Shown here: positions 16,693 to 26,496 of the stretch, in pieces | Position numbering within the stretch: the stretch's first letter is position 1 | Layout: each line of letters starts with the position of its first letter | Source: Candidatus Methylomirabilota bacterium | Lineage (GTDB): Bacteria > Methylomirabilota > Methylomirabilia > Rokubacteriales > CSP1-6 | Reading direction: 5' to 3' | Length of the DNA: 62,000 nucleotides | Assembly: GCA_046728035.1 (NCBI GenBank) | Contig: JBKPDT010000127.1 | Span: forward strand, 1 to 62,000 | Notes under the pieces: model-generated | Databases searched by the model: none | What the model was told of the DNA's origin: nothing | The model's input: the letters and a program-made list of their open reading frames with translations, nothing else | Program-made: the position numbers and the translations under genes

Positions 16693-16875
16693 CGGGATGT
16701 CCCAGAACCAATCGGTGCTCGCTACTTGTGTCGAAAATCCTTTCTCCACGGCTGCTTCCTGTGAATCCCCGCAGCTACGGCCCCGCTCGACCGTCCCCGC
16801 AGCATCAGCATATTTGGGGGCCTATGAACGGAATGCGTGGGTGAAAGTCTCCATCTCCCGATATTCCCAAGAAAG

Positions 16876-18342
<1,467 letters not shown>

Positions 18343-18359
18343 CGCGCTCAGATGTCTAC

Positions 18360-18388
18360 TTGACGGGCCGGTGAGGGGCTCGGATACT
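18360..18388 (+). promoter_or_regulatory. Candidate sigma-70 promoter (TTGACG-N17-GATACT)
   Basis: Hexamers at 18360-65 and 18383-88 with a 17-nt spacer, 16 nt before ATG 18405. GGAG SD lies in between. Confidence 0.45.
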
Positions 18389-18404
18389 CGGGGCGGAGAA
18401 GACG

Positions 18405-18761
18405 ATGCGAATCCTCGTGGTGGACGATGATCCCGCGGTAGCCGAGGTGATCGCCGAGGCGATTCGCGCGCGGGGCGACTCCGCGCTCGTGTCGCTGGAT
18501 GGCACCGAGGCGCTCGACATCTTGGGGACAACTCCGGTTGACGGTGTATTCCTCGATCTGGTCATGCCGGGACTGGGCGGTCTTGCCACGCTCGCCCGGA
18601 TCCGCACCCAGCACCCCGGCGTTCCTGTCGTCATCCTCTCGGGCCACGCCGACGAGGACCAGGCGCGGGAAGCTCTGGCCCTCGGAGCGGTAGAGGTCGT
18701 CAAGAAGCCGGCCGCCCTTGCTCACCTGAGTGAAGCCCTGGCCCGGCTCAAGCGTGACTGA
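18405..18761 (+). CDS. Single-domain response regulator (CheY-like)
   Basis: MRILVVDDDP, VFLDLVMPG, VVILSGH, VVKKP. All receiver signature positions are present. Confidence 0.9.
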   Translation: MRILVVDDDPAVAEVIAEAIRARGDSALVSLDGTEALDILGTTPVDGVFLDLVMPGLGGLATLARIRTQHPGVPVVILSGHADEDQAREALALGAVEVVKKPAALAHLSEALARLKRD

Positions 18762-18892
18762 AGCGACCTCGAAGCGGCTCGAATCAGGCTGGCTCTAGGT
18801 TATGTGACCCAGGATGGGAAAAGCAATACCCATTTTGCCTGCATGCGTATGCAATCGCGGAATCCGAGAGTCCATATAGCCGCAGGCGATCC

Positions 18893-20269
18893 TTGAGCAC
18901 TTCGGCCGGGGTGCTCGCCAGCTTCGCGTGGGGTCTCTCGCCCTCACGCATCCCTGCGGCGGTGCGCGATAGCGTCGCGCTCCGCGTACTCGACACCCTT
19001 GGCTGCGCGCTCGCCGCCGCGGACGCGGACTGGGCAGAGTCCGTGCTGGCGCCGGCCCGCGCGTGGGGCGCCGCCGGCGCCAGCAGCGTGGCGGCCTCGT
19101 CGCTTCGGGTGGCCCCCCCGCTGGCGGCGCTGGCCAATGGCGCGCTCGCGCACGGGCTCGACTTCGACGACACGCACGCGCCGTCCATCACCCACGCTTC
19201 CGCCGTGATCCTTCCCGCGGTGCTGGCGCTCGGCGAGGAGCAGCAGCTCGACGGGCGCCAGGCGATCGCCGCCGCGGTGGCTGGCTACGAGACCATCACG
19301 CGTCTCGGCATGGCCGTCCCCGGACGCTTTCACGCACGCGGCTGGCACGCCACCGCGGTATGTGGCGCCTTGGGCGCCGCGCTCGCCGCCGGCCGCTGCC
19401 TCGGCCTCGCCGAGGGACCGCTCGCGTCGGCGGTGGGCATCGCCGCGAGCTTCGCCTCGGGGCTGCTCGAGTTCCTCGAGGACGGCTCTACCGTAAAGCG
19501 CCTCCATCCTGGCTGGGCCGCGCATTCCGGCGTGCTCGCGGCCGCCTTCGCGCGCGGCGGGGTCACCGGGCCGGGCACCGGACTGGAGGGCCGGTTCGGC
19601 CTCTTCCGGGCCACGGTGGAGGCGACGCCCGACCTGACGCCGCTTCTCGCCACTCTCGGAGCGCGATGGGAGACGCTCGATATCGCCTTCAAGCCCTATC
19701 CCTGCTGTCACTACAGCCACGCCTACGTGGACGCGGCCCGGAGGCTGCGCGAGGCGCCCGGGCTCGATCTCACCGCGATCGCCGAGGTCGAGTGCCACGT
19801 GCCCGCCGGCGAGGTGTCCATCGTCTGCGAGCCGGCCGACGTGAAGGCGGCGCCGCGGACCGACTACGACGCGAAGTTCAGCCTGCCTTTCGCGGTGGCC
19901 GCCGCGCTGGTTGACGGGCACGTCGGGGTGGAGACGTTCGGCCCTGGCCGCCTCCGCGATCCCGCGGTGCTCGCCCTCGCCGCGCGGGTGCGATATCGCG
20001 TGGATCCCGCTTCGCCGTTCCCGCAGACCTTCCCGGGTCACCTGACGGTGCGACTCGTCGATGGGCGGACGCTGGAGGCGCGGGTACCGACGAACCGCGG
20101 CGGTCCCGAGGCTCCACTCCCGGTCGGGGAGATCGTGGACAAGTTCCGCGACAACGCGGCGCGGGCCCTGCCGGAGTCGCAGGCCCGCGCCCTCGAGAAG
20201 GCCGCGCTCGGCTTCGAGGGCCTCGACGATGTCCGCGAGCTCATGACGCTTTGCCGTCGCGAGCATTGA
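18893..20269 (+). CDS. MmgE/PrpD family protein
   Basis: ...ALAHGLDFDDTHAPSITHASAVILPAVLALGE... TTG start as in the ORF track. Confidence 0.85.
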   Translation: MSTSAGVLASFAWGLSPSRIPAAVRDSVALRVLDTLGCALAAADADWAESVLAPARAWGAAGASSVAASSLRVAPPLAALANGALAHGLDFDDTHAPSITHASAVILPAVLALGEEQQLDGRQAIAAAVAGYETITRLGMAVPGRFHARGWHATAVCGALGAALAAGRCLGLAEGPLASAVGIAASFASGLLEFLEDGSTVKRLHPGWAAHSGVLAAAFARGGVTGPGTGLEGRFGLFRATVEATPDLTPLLATLGARWETLDIAFKPYPCCHYSHAYVDAARRLREAPGLDLTAIAEVECHVPAGEVSIVCEPADVKAAPRTDYDAKFSLPFAVAAALVDGHVGVETFGPGRLRDPAVLALAARVRYRVDPASPFPQTFPGHLTVRLVDGRTLEARVPTNRGGPEAPLPVGEIVDKFRDNAARALPESQARALEKAALGFEGLDDVRELMTLCRREH

Positions 20270-20309
20270 TTCGCTTGCCTCGACCCCGCCGATCTGAGAT
20301 CATTCCTCC

Positions 20310-20702
20310 ATGAGGCGTGGCGTGGCATCCGGTCTTCTGACGCTCGCCCTCGCGCTGGATTGGGCGGCGGCGCCCGCCTCCGCGCAGCAGCAGCCCACCG
20401 CCGCGCAGCAGCAGCCCACCGCCGCCGCACCCACCACCAGCCAGGAAGACCTGGCCATCATCGCGCCGCCCTCCGCCCGCGAGGCGACGCGAGCGCGCGA
20501 GTCGGAGTTCTACCCTGGTGAGGACATCCGGGTCCGGCACGAGCCCGCCTTCATCCGCAGCCTCAGCGCGGCGCCGGCCTCGGGGCCGATCAAGCGCCTC
20601 GGCGTATCCGGCTGGACGGCGCCCCCCGGTCGCGGCGACGGCATCCTCGCCCACGAGGTGAGCGGCTGGTTCGGGTTCGGCTTCAGCTTCATCTGGGAAT
20701 AG
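20310..20702 (+). CDS. Hypothetical secreted protein
   Basis: Signal peptide MRRGVASGLLTLALALDWAAAPASA, duplicated QQQPTAA, C-terminal GWFGFGFSFIWE. No family recognised. Confidence 0.55.
   Translation: MRRGVASGLLTLALALDWAAAPASAQQQPTAAQQQPTAAAPTTSQEDLAIIAPPSAREATRARESEFYPGEDIRVRHEPAFIRSLSAAPASGPIKRLGVSGWTAPPGRGDGILAHEVSGWFGFGFSFIWE
20381..20422 (+). repeat. Perfect 21-bp in-frame tandem duplication
   Basis: cgcgcagcagcagcccaccgc x2, encoding AQQQPTA twice. Confidence 0.95.
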
Positions 20703-20715
20703 CAATCCCCGCGTA

Positions 20716-21339
20716 GTGCCACTCCTCAAGGGCAATCTCCACGCGCATACCACCTTCTCGGACGGTCACTATGCGGTCGAGAACGTCATCGCCCGCTACC
20801 GCGACCTCGGCTATGGCTTCCTCGCCATCACCGACCACGACGATCGCGTCACCGAGGACTACTGGTTCCACCTCCCCTCCGGCGACGACCAGCTGGTGAT
20901 CCTGCCGGGCATCGAGCTCGACTACCGGCCGTTGTCCCAGCACGTCGGCAAGGTCACGGGGGACCGGGAGACGCTCTTCGTGCTGAATCACCCCGCCCGC
21001 TACGGGCTCGGAGTGGACGGCATCCTCGACCGGATCGCGACGATCCGGGCGGCGGGCTGGCCCATCGGGGCGGTGGAGGTCACCGACGCCGGGATCTATC
21101 AGCCCGAGCACGACGTGAGCGCGATCTCGCTGCCGCGCATCGCGACCGACGACTCCCACTGGGAATCGCAGTTCGGGCGAGCCTGGGTGGAGGTGGAGGC
21201 GGCCCGGAGTCCGGACGCCATCCTACGAGCGGTGAAGGCCGGAGATTTCCAGCTCGGCTTCGCCGCCGGCGCGATCGCCCCCTCCGGACGGGGCTTCGAC
21301 CTGCTCGGCCTTTCCGACCAGGGACCCGCGGCCCCGTGA
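20716..21339 (+). CDS. PHP-domain metal-dependent phosphoesterase
   Basis: GNLHAHTTFSDGHY...GFLAITDHDD. GTG start. Confidence 0.8.
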   Translation: MPLLKGNLHAHTTFSDGHYAVENVIARYRDLGYGFLAITDHDDRVTEDYWFHLPSGDDQLVILPGIELDYRPLSQHVGKVTGDRETLFVLNHPARYGLGVDGILDRIATIRAAGWPIGAVEVTDAGIYQPEHDVSAISLPRIATDDSHWESQFGRAWVEVEAARSPDAILRAVKAGDFQLGFAAGAIAPSGRGFDLLGLSDQGPAAP

Positions 21340-21364
21340 TACGCTTGCCGGCCGAGGTGCCCCA

Positions 21365-22192
21365 ATGACGATCGTACGTATCGGCCACAGTCCCGACCCC
21401 GACGACGCCTTCATGTTCTACGCCCTCACTGCCGGCAAGGTACGCGCGCAGGGCATCGAGGTCGAGCACGTGCTGGAGGACATCGAGTCCCTGAACCGCC
21501 GGGCGCGCTCCGGCGAACTCGAGGTGACGGCGGTGTCCGCGGCGACGTACGTGCTCGTGCACGATCAGTATCGGATGATGGATCCCGGCGCCTCCATGGG
21601 GAAGGGCTATGGCCCCATCCTCGTCGCGAAGGAGCCGATGGACCCCAAGGTCATCGTCGACAAAGTGGTGGCCATCCCGGGAAGCCACACCACCGCCGCG
21701 CTCCTCCTCCGCCTCTTCGTCGGCGATCCGCCAGTGATCGAGGTGGCCTTCGACAAGATCCCCACGGTGGTGCTGGAGGGCCAGGCCGATCTCGGTCTCC
21801 TCATCCACGAGGGTCAGATCACTCATCGGCAGCTGGGCCTCCACAAGGTCCTCGACCTCGGCCAGGAGTGGGAGAAGGACTCGGGGCTGCCGCTCCCGCT
21901 GGGGATCAACGTCATGCGGCGCGATCTCGGCGAGGACGTCCACCGGCGGCTGTCGCAGGCGCTGCGCGACTCCATCGATTACGCCTACGGCCACGTGGAC
22001 GAGGCCCTCGAGTACGCCATGCGCTACGGGCGGGGGATCGACAAGGAAACGTGCCGTCGCTTCGTGCTGATGTACGTCAACGACTACACCAAGCGCCTGG
22101 GCCCCGATGGCGAGGCGGCCCTGCGGCGGCTGTACGACCTCGCCCACGCCAAGGGCCTGATCCGAGAGCGCCCACCCGTCGACCCGATCTGA
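21365..22192 (+). CDS. mqnD: MqnA/MqnD-family protein, MqnD-like (1,4-dihydroxy-6-naphthoate synthase family)
   Basis: IGHSPDPDDAFMFYAL...DIESLNRRARSGELEVTAVS...GKGYGPILV pattern. Neighbours mqnC/mqnE. Confidence 0.65.
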   Translation: MTIVRIGHSPDPDDAFMFYALTAGKVRAQGIEVEHVLEDIESLNRRARSGELEVTAVSAATYVLVHDQYRMMDPGASMGKGYGPILVAKEPMDPKVIVDKVVAIPGSHTTAALLLRLFVGDPPVIEVAFDKIPTVVLEGQADLGLLIHEGQITHRQLGLHKVLDLGQEWEKDSGLPLPLGINVMRRDLGEDVHRRLSQALRDSIDYAYGHVDEALEYAMRYGRGIDKETCRRFVLMYVNDYTKRLGPDGEAALRRLYDLAHAKGLIRERPPVDPI

Positions 22193-22197
22193 CCATC

Positions 22198-22223
22198 AGC
22201 GGGGGCCTCGAATGACCCCCGCT
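22198..22223. terminator. Hairpin between convergent mqnD-like and mqnC genes
   Basis: AGCGGGGG-N10-CCCCCGCT, a perfect 8-bp stem. No clear T-tract. Confidence 0.4.
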
Positions 22224-22247
22224 CTCCCCCCGTCCGCGGACGCTCCT

Positions 22248-23333
22248 CTAGTACTCGCGGAGAATCTCGTACTCCGTGGTTCTCTGGGCTGGCGTGTAGC
22301 CGGCGTCGCGGATCAAGGTGATGATCTCGTCCACCGTGGTCTTGTTGACGTAGTCGGCGGCGGCGTGGACGTTTTCCTCGAACAGGGTGCCGCCGAAATC
22401 GTCGGCCCCCCAGGAGAGCGCCACCTGGCCCGCCCGCTTGCCTTCCGAGAACCACGAAGCCTGCACATGGTCGAAGTTGTCGAGGTAGAGGCGTGAGGCC
22501 GCGAGCATGCGGAGATAGGTGCTCGGTCCCTTGTAGGTCTTGATCCACTTCTCCAGCAGAGTATTGCCCGGCTTGAAGGACCACGGGACGAACGCCGTGA
22601 AGCCGCCGTGCTCGTCCTGGAGGTCCCGGATCGCCTCCCAGTGGTCGACGATGTCGTCCGGCTCCTCGACGTGGCCGTACATCATGGTCGCGGTGGACTT
22701 GAACCCCTGGCGGTGCGCTTCGCGGTGGACGTCCAGCCAGGCGCTCGGCCCGCCCTTCTTCGGCTCGATGCGCTTCCGCACCCGCTCCGACAGGACCTCG
22801 GCGCCCCCGCCCGGCAAGGTCCTCTGACCTGCCTCGTGGAGGCGGGTGAGGATCTCCGGCACCGCGAGCCCACTCACCTGGGCCATGGTCTGGATCTCGG
22901 ATGCGGTGAAGAAGTGGGGGGTGACCTGGGGAAAGCGACGGCGCGTCTCGCGGACGATCGAGAGGTAGTAGTCGAGCGGCAGCTCGGGATTGTGGCCGCC
23001 CTGGAGGAGCACGGTGGTGGCGCCCTTGCCGGCGGCGAACTCCACCTTGTCCAGGACCTGCTCCACCGTCAGCGTCCACGCCTCCGGATGTCCCGGCTTG
23101 CGGTAGAAGGCGCAGAACTGGCAGTCGGTGACGCAGACATTGGTGTAGTTGGGATTGCTGTCGATGACGAAGGTGACCCGCCGCTCCGGGATGCGGCGAA
23201 AGCGTACATCCTGGGCGATCGAGCCGATCTCCAGAAGGGGGGCTTCGGCGAGGAGCCAGCGCCCCTCCGCCCGGTCCAGGCGCTTCCCGGCCTCCGCCTT
23301 GGCGCGGATCTCCTCGAGCCGGCTCAGCTCCAC
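22248..23333 (-). CDS. mqnC: Radical SAM menaquinone (futalosine pathway) enzyme, probably cyclic dehypoxanthine futalosine synthase
   Basis: ORF 22248..23816 trimmed to GTG 23333 (VELSRLEEIR). NYTNVCVTDCQFCAFYR CX3CX2C motif. The MqnC versus MqnE assignment is from memory. Confidence 0.75.
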   Translation of the reverse strand: MELSRLEEIRAKAEAGKRLDRAEGRWLLAEAPLLEIGSIAQDVRFRRIPERRVTFVIDSNPNYTNVCVTDCQFCAFYRKPGHPEAWTLTVEQVLDKVEFAAGKGATTVLLQGGHNPELPLDYYLSIVRETRRRFPQVTPHFFTASEIQTMAQVSGLAVPEILTRLHEAGQRTLPGGGAEVLSERVRKRIEPKKGGPSAWLDVHREAHRQGFKSTATMMYGHVEEPDDIVDHWEAIRDLQDEHGGFTAFVPWSFKPGNTLLEKWIKTYKGPSTYLRMLAASRLYLDNFDHVQASWFSEGKRAGQVALSWGADDFGGTLFEENVHAAADYVNKTTVDEIITLIRDAGYTPAQRTTEYEILREY

Positions 23334-24427
23334 ACCTTCACCACGTTGTAGAGGGCGTCGCGCTCGACGGGGATCTTGCCGGCGTCGCGGATCATCCGGA
23401 GGATCTGCTCCCGGGCGAGCCCGGCCGGGCTTTCCGCCAGGGCCATGTGCGCGATCTTCTCCTCCTCGAGCGTGCCGTTGACATCGGAGGCGCCGAAGTG
23501 CAGGGCGAGCGAGGCGGTCTCCTCGCCGATCATGACCCAGTACGCCTCGATGTGCGGGAAGTTGTCGAGGAGGAGCCGCGAGATCGCGATGGTTCGGAGA
23601 TCGTCGGTGGGCGGCGTCTGACGCGGCACCAGCTTGGTCGTGCCGACCTGGTAGGCGAGGGGAATGAAGGTGAGGAAGCCCCCCGAACGGTCCTGCTGCT
23701 CGCGCAGGCGGAGCAAGTGGTCCACCCGCTCCTCCAGGGTCTCGACGTGCCCGTAGAGCATGGTTGCGTTCGTGTGGATGCCGAGGCCATGCGCGATGCC
23801 GTGGATCTCGAGCCACCGGTCCGCGTCTGCCTTGCCGGTGTAGTGAAGGAGCTTGGCCAGGCGCTTGGAGAAGATCTCGGCGCCGCCTCCCGGCATCGAG
23901 TGCAGGCCTGCCGCCTTGAGCCGGGTCAAGGACTCACGCGGCTCGATCTTCCAGCGCCGCCACCAGTAGTCCACCTCCGCGGCGGTGAAGGCCTTGATCT
24001 GGGTTTCCGGACGGGCGGCGTGAATGGCCGCGATCATCCGCTCGAAGTACTCGAAGGGCCAGTCCGGGTGGTGGCCGCCCACGATATGGGCCTCCCGGGT
24101 GCCGGGCTTGATCATCTCGAGGACGTCCTCGATGGAGTTCTCGAAGGCGCCCTCCTCGCCCGGCTTGCGGGCGAAGTCGCAGAAGCTGCAGGAGAGCACG
24201 CAGACGTTGGTGGGATTGACGTAGCGGTTGAGCACGAAGAAGACGCGGTCACCGTGGCGGGCGCTCTTCACGAAGTCGGCCATCCCGCCCAGCCCGTGGA
24301 GGTCGTCGGTCGCGAACAGGCTCAGCCCGTCCTCTCGCGTGAGCCGCTCGCCCGCGCGCACCTTCTCCCGGACGGGCTCCAGGCGCGGGTCCCGCATGCG
24401 GGGAAGCGCGACCACGGCTGACGGCAT
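23324..24427 (-). CDS. mqnE: Radical SAM menaquinone (futalosine pathway) enzyme, probably aminofutalosine synthase
   Basis: NPTNVCVLSCSFCDFARKPG, HIVGGHHPDWPFEYF. 10-nt overlap with the downstream paralog. Confidence 0.75.
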   Translation of the reverse strand: MPSAVVALPRMRDPRLEPVREKVRAGERLTREDGLSLFATDDLHGLGGMADFVKSARHGDRVFFVLNRYVNPTNVCVLSCSFCDFARKPGEEGAFENSIEDVLEMIKPGTREAHIVGGHHPDWPFEYFERMIAAIHAARPETQIKAFTAAEVDYWWRRWKIEPRESLTRLKAAGLHSMPGGGAEIFSKRLAKLLHYTGKADADRWLEIHGIAHGLGIHTNATMLYGHVETLEERVDHLLRLREQQDRSGGFLTFIPLAYQVGTTKLVPRQTPPTDDLRTIAISRLLLDNFPHIEAYWVMIGEETASLALHFGASDVNGTLEEEKIAHMALAESPAGLAREQILRMIRDAGKIPVERDALYNVVKVWS

Positions 24428-24512
24428 GACGACCTCCAGAGGGGCGGATGACGTGACGGACGGATTGATTCTAGGTCGCGTCCTTGCGCCGCGTCAAGGA
24501 TTCGGGGCTTGC

Positions 24513-24541
24513 TTGACTGCATGGACGACACGGTGTAACTA
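24513..24541 (+). promoter_or_regulatory. Candidate sigma-70 promoter (TTGACT-N17-TAACTA)
   Basis: Hexamers at 24513-18 and 24536-41, about 80 nt upstream of ATG 24620. Confidence 0.45.
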
Positions 24542-24619
24542 TCCCGCGTCGCCCATGGCTCCGCCCACCTCGAGCAGTGTCGCGGAGGGCTTCGCCCTGC
24601 TTCCCGAGAGGCGTCGCCG

Positions 24620-25544
24620 ATGCCGAGGACGTTCAACTTGACGACTGGGCAGGGCGGGTGGGTGCGCCGAGTGGCGTGTCTCATCGTGGCCACGCTTGTG
24701 GCCGCCGCGCCGATCCCACCTCCGCCCAGGCGTCCGCTGGGCGCGCTCCGGTCGGGCGACCAGCTCCGCGCCAGCGAGGACGCCGCCGCGGTGGTGGTGC
24801 TGAGCGGGGGACGGGGCTCGGTGATGGTGACGGCGGCCCGGTCTCCCTACGCGGTGCCGGCACCGGACGCCGGCCCGACGCCGAGTGAAAAGCTCAAGAC
24901 CCTGATGCAGTCGAGCCTGGGCTTCCTTCTCGGGCGGACCCGGTGAGAGCCCGCGCGCCCCCTTGGTGACCCAGAGCGCGGTCGTGCCGCCCGTGGTGCT
25001 GTCTCCACACAATTCCCACGTGCTGCCCGGCCCGCTCCTCATCGAATGGGTGGGCCATCGGGCCGGCCGGTACACCTTCCAGATGTCGGGGCCGGCCGGA
25101 TCTTTCTACACGCGCTCCGACGTCGTGGGCAACCGGCTCGAGTATCCGGCAGAGGCGCCCGCGCTGGCGGCGGGCGTCCGCTACACGGTGCGCGTGGTCG
25201 CGGGCAGCCAGCCCGCCCAGGAGGCCTGGTTCGAGGTGCTGGTGCGCCGAGAGCTTGCGGGCCGATCTCGGTGCCTTGGACCAGTCGCTCGACGCGGGGA
25301 CCACGGACACCACGCGCGTGCTCCTCGGCGCGGGCCTCCTCGCCAGCAATGGGCTCATTCACGACGCGCGTCGGCGCGTGCTCGACGCGCTTGCCGCGGC
25401 GCCGGACGAGCCGCCCTCTACCAGGCTCTCGGCACCGTCTACGACCGCACCGGGCTCCGCCCGCAGGCGACCAGCGCGTTCCAGGAAGCGCAGCTCCTCC
25501 TGGACGGCGGCCGGCCCGCCGCGCCCGTCTCCACCCCGCGCTGA
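24620..25544 (+). pseudogene. Membrane-anchored hypothetical protein with TPR-like C-terminus, broken by three frame changes
   Basis: Protein-like translation continues across ORFs 24620..24946 (frame 2), 24963..~25245 (frame 0), 25255..~25420 (frame 1) and back to frame 0 to stop 25544. Confidence 0.5.
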
Positions 25545-25586
25545 GCGGGCGGCGGGCCACCGCCCCGGACGGCGGCCCGAGCGAGC

Positions 25587-26057
25587 GTGTTATCCTATGC
25601 CGCCGTGAGCGCGCCGACACCAATCAGCTTCGACGACATCGAGGTGGGCGAGGAGTTCGTCTCTCCAGGCCGGACGGTGAGCGAGACGGACATCGTCCTC
25701 TTCGCCGGCCTCTCCGGGGACTACAACGTGCTCCACACCGACGCCGAGCACATGAAGAGCTCCCAGTTCGGTGAGCGGATCGCCCACGGGCTTCTCGGGC
25801 TCGCCATCCAGCAGGGGCTGGCCGCTCGGATCGCCCCCGACCTCGTCGAGCGGCCGTTCGCCGAGCTCGCCTGGAAGTTCCGGGGTCCCATCAAGATCGG
25901 AGACACCATCCACGTGGTCGGGCGCGTCACCGACAAGCGGGACGCGGAGCGGCCCGGCTGGGGCATCGTGACCATCGAGCGTCGCGTCCTGAATCAGCAT
26001 GGCGAGGTGGTGCAGGAAGGCGAGACGGAGCATATGGTCGAGCGCCGCCTTGGCTAG
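25587..26057 (+). CDS. MaoC-like (R)-hydratase/dehydratase, hot-dog fold, catalytic-motif subunit
   Basis: LSGDYNVLHTD hydratase-2-like motif. IAHGLLG. Confidence 0.85.
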   Translation: MLSYAAVSAPTPISFDDIEVGEEFVSPGRTVSETDIVLFAGLSGDYNVLHTDAEHMKSSQFGERIAHGLLGLAIQQGLAARIAPDLVERPFAELAWKFRGPIKIGDTIHVVGRVTDKRDAERPGWGIVTIERRVLNQHGEVVQEGETEHMVERRLG

Positions 26058-26496
26058 CGCCGCCGCCACCGGCGCGGCGCCGCGGTCCGAGCAGCGCTGC
26101 TATTTCGAGGACGTCCTGGTGGGCGTCCCGCTGGAAACGCCCGGGCTGACCGTGACCCAGGCCCATGTCTCGCTTTTCGACGGCGTCGTCGACTCGCCGG
26201 TGGCCGGCGAGCCCGGACGAGTGCCCGACCTGCTGCCCCTCTGCCTGTCCTCGGGGCTGGGCTGGCGCGTCCCGCAACCACCGCTCGCCGTCCTCGCCTT
26301 CATGGGTTTCGAGTGGAAGTTCCACCTTCCCCTCCGGATCGGGGACACCATCCGCAGCCGCTCTCGGACCGCCGCGAAGCGGTCGATGAAGGAGGGCGGG
26401 GTGATCTTCGAGGAGCGCGAGATCCTGAACCAGCGCGGCGAGATGGTTCAGTCTGGCCGACTCACCTTGCTGGTGGCGAAGCGGGGTGCGGCGTGA
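26050..26496 (+). CDS. MaoC-like hot-dog protein lacking the hydratase motif (partner subunit)
   Basis: ORF 25999..26496. In-frame TTG 26050 gives an 8-nt overlap with the upstream stop (ATG 25999 is the alternative). ...FEWKFHLPLRIGDTI... Confidence 0.75.
   Translation: MASAAATGAAPRSEQRCYFEDVLVGVPLETPGLTVTQAHVSLFDGVVDSPVAGEPGRVPDLLPLCLSSGLGWRVPQPPLAVLAFMGFEWKFHLPLRIGDTIRSRSRTAAKRSMKEGGVIFEEREILNQRGEMVQSGRLTLLVAKRGAA

Noticed and set aside
16555-16749. The 228-aa version of the GGDEF-like ORF starting at ATG 16749.
   Set aside because: The extra 65 codons are Trp/Cys/Arg-rich. They contain the sigma-54 promoter and a 20-bp (non-multiple-of-3) tandem repeat. GTG 16554 has an AAGGAG SD at 8 nt.
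18784-19191. 135-aa minus-strand ORF overlapping the start of the PrpD-like gene.
   Set aside because: Ala/Ser-rich shadow of the PrpD frame, with no motif and no SD.
20716-21339. The PHP-domain protein considered as the missing phosphotyrosine phosphatase for the BY-kinase of the EPS locus.
   Set aside because: It lies 10 kb away on the opposite strand in an unrelated gene context. The sequence looks like a generic PHP phosphoesterase rather than CpsB/YwqE, so the link has no support.
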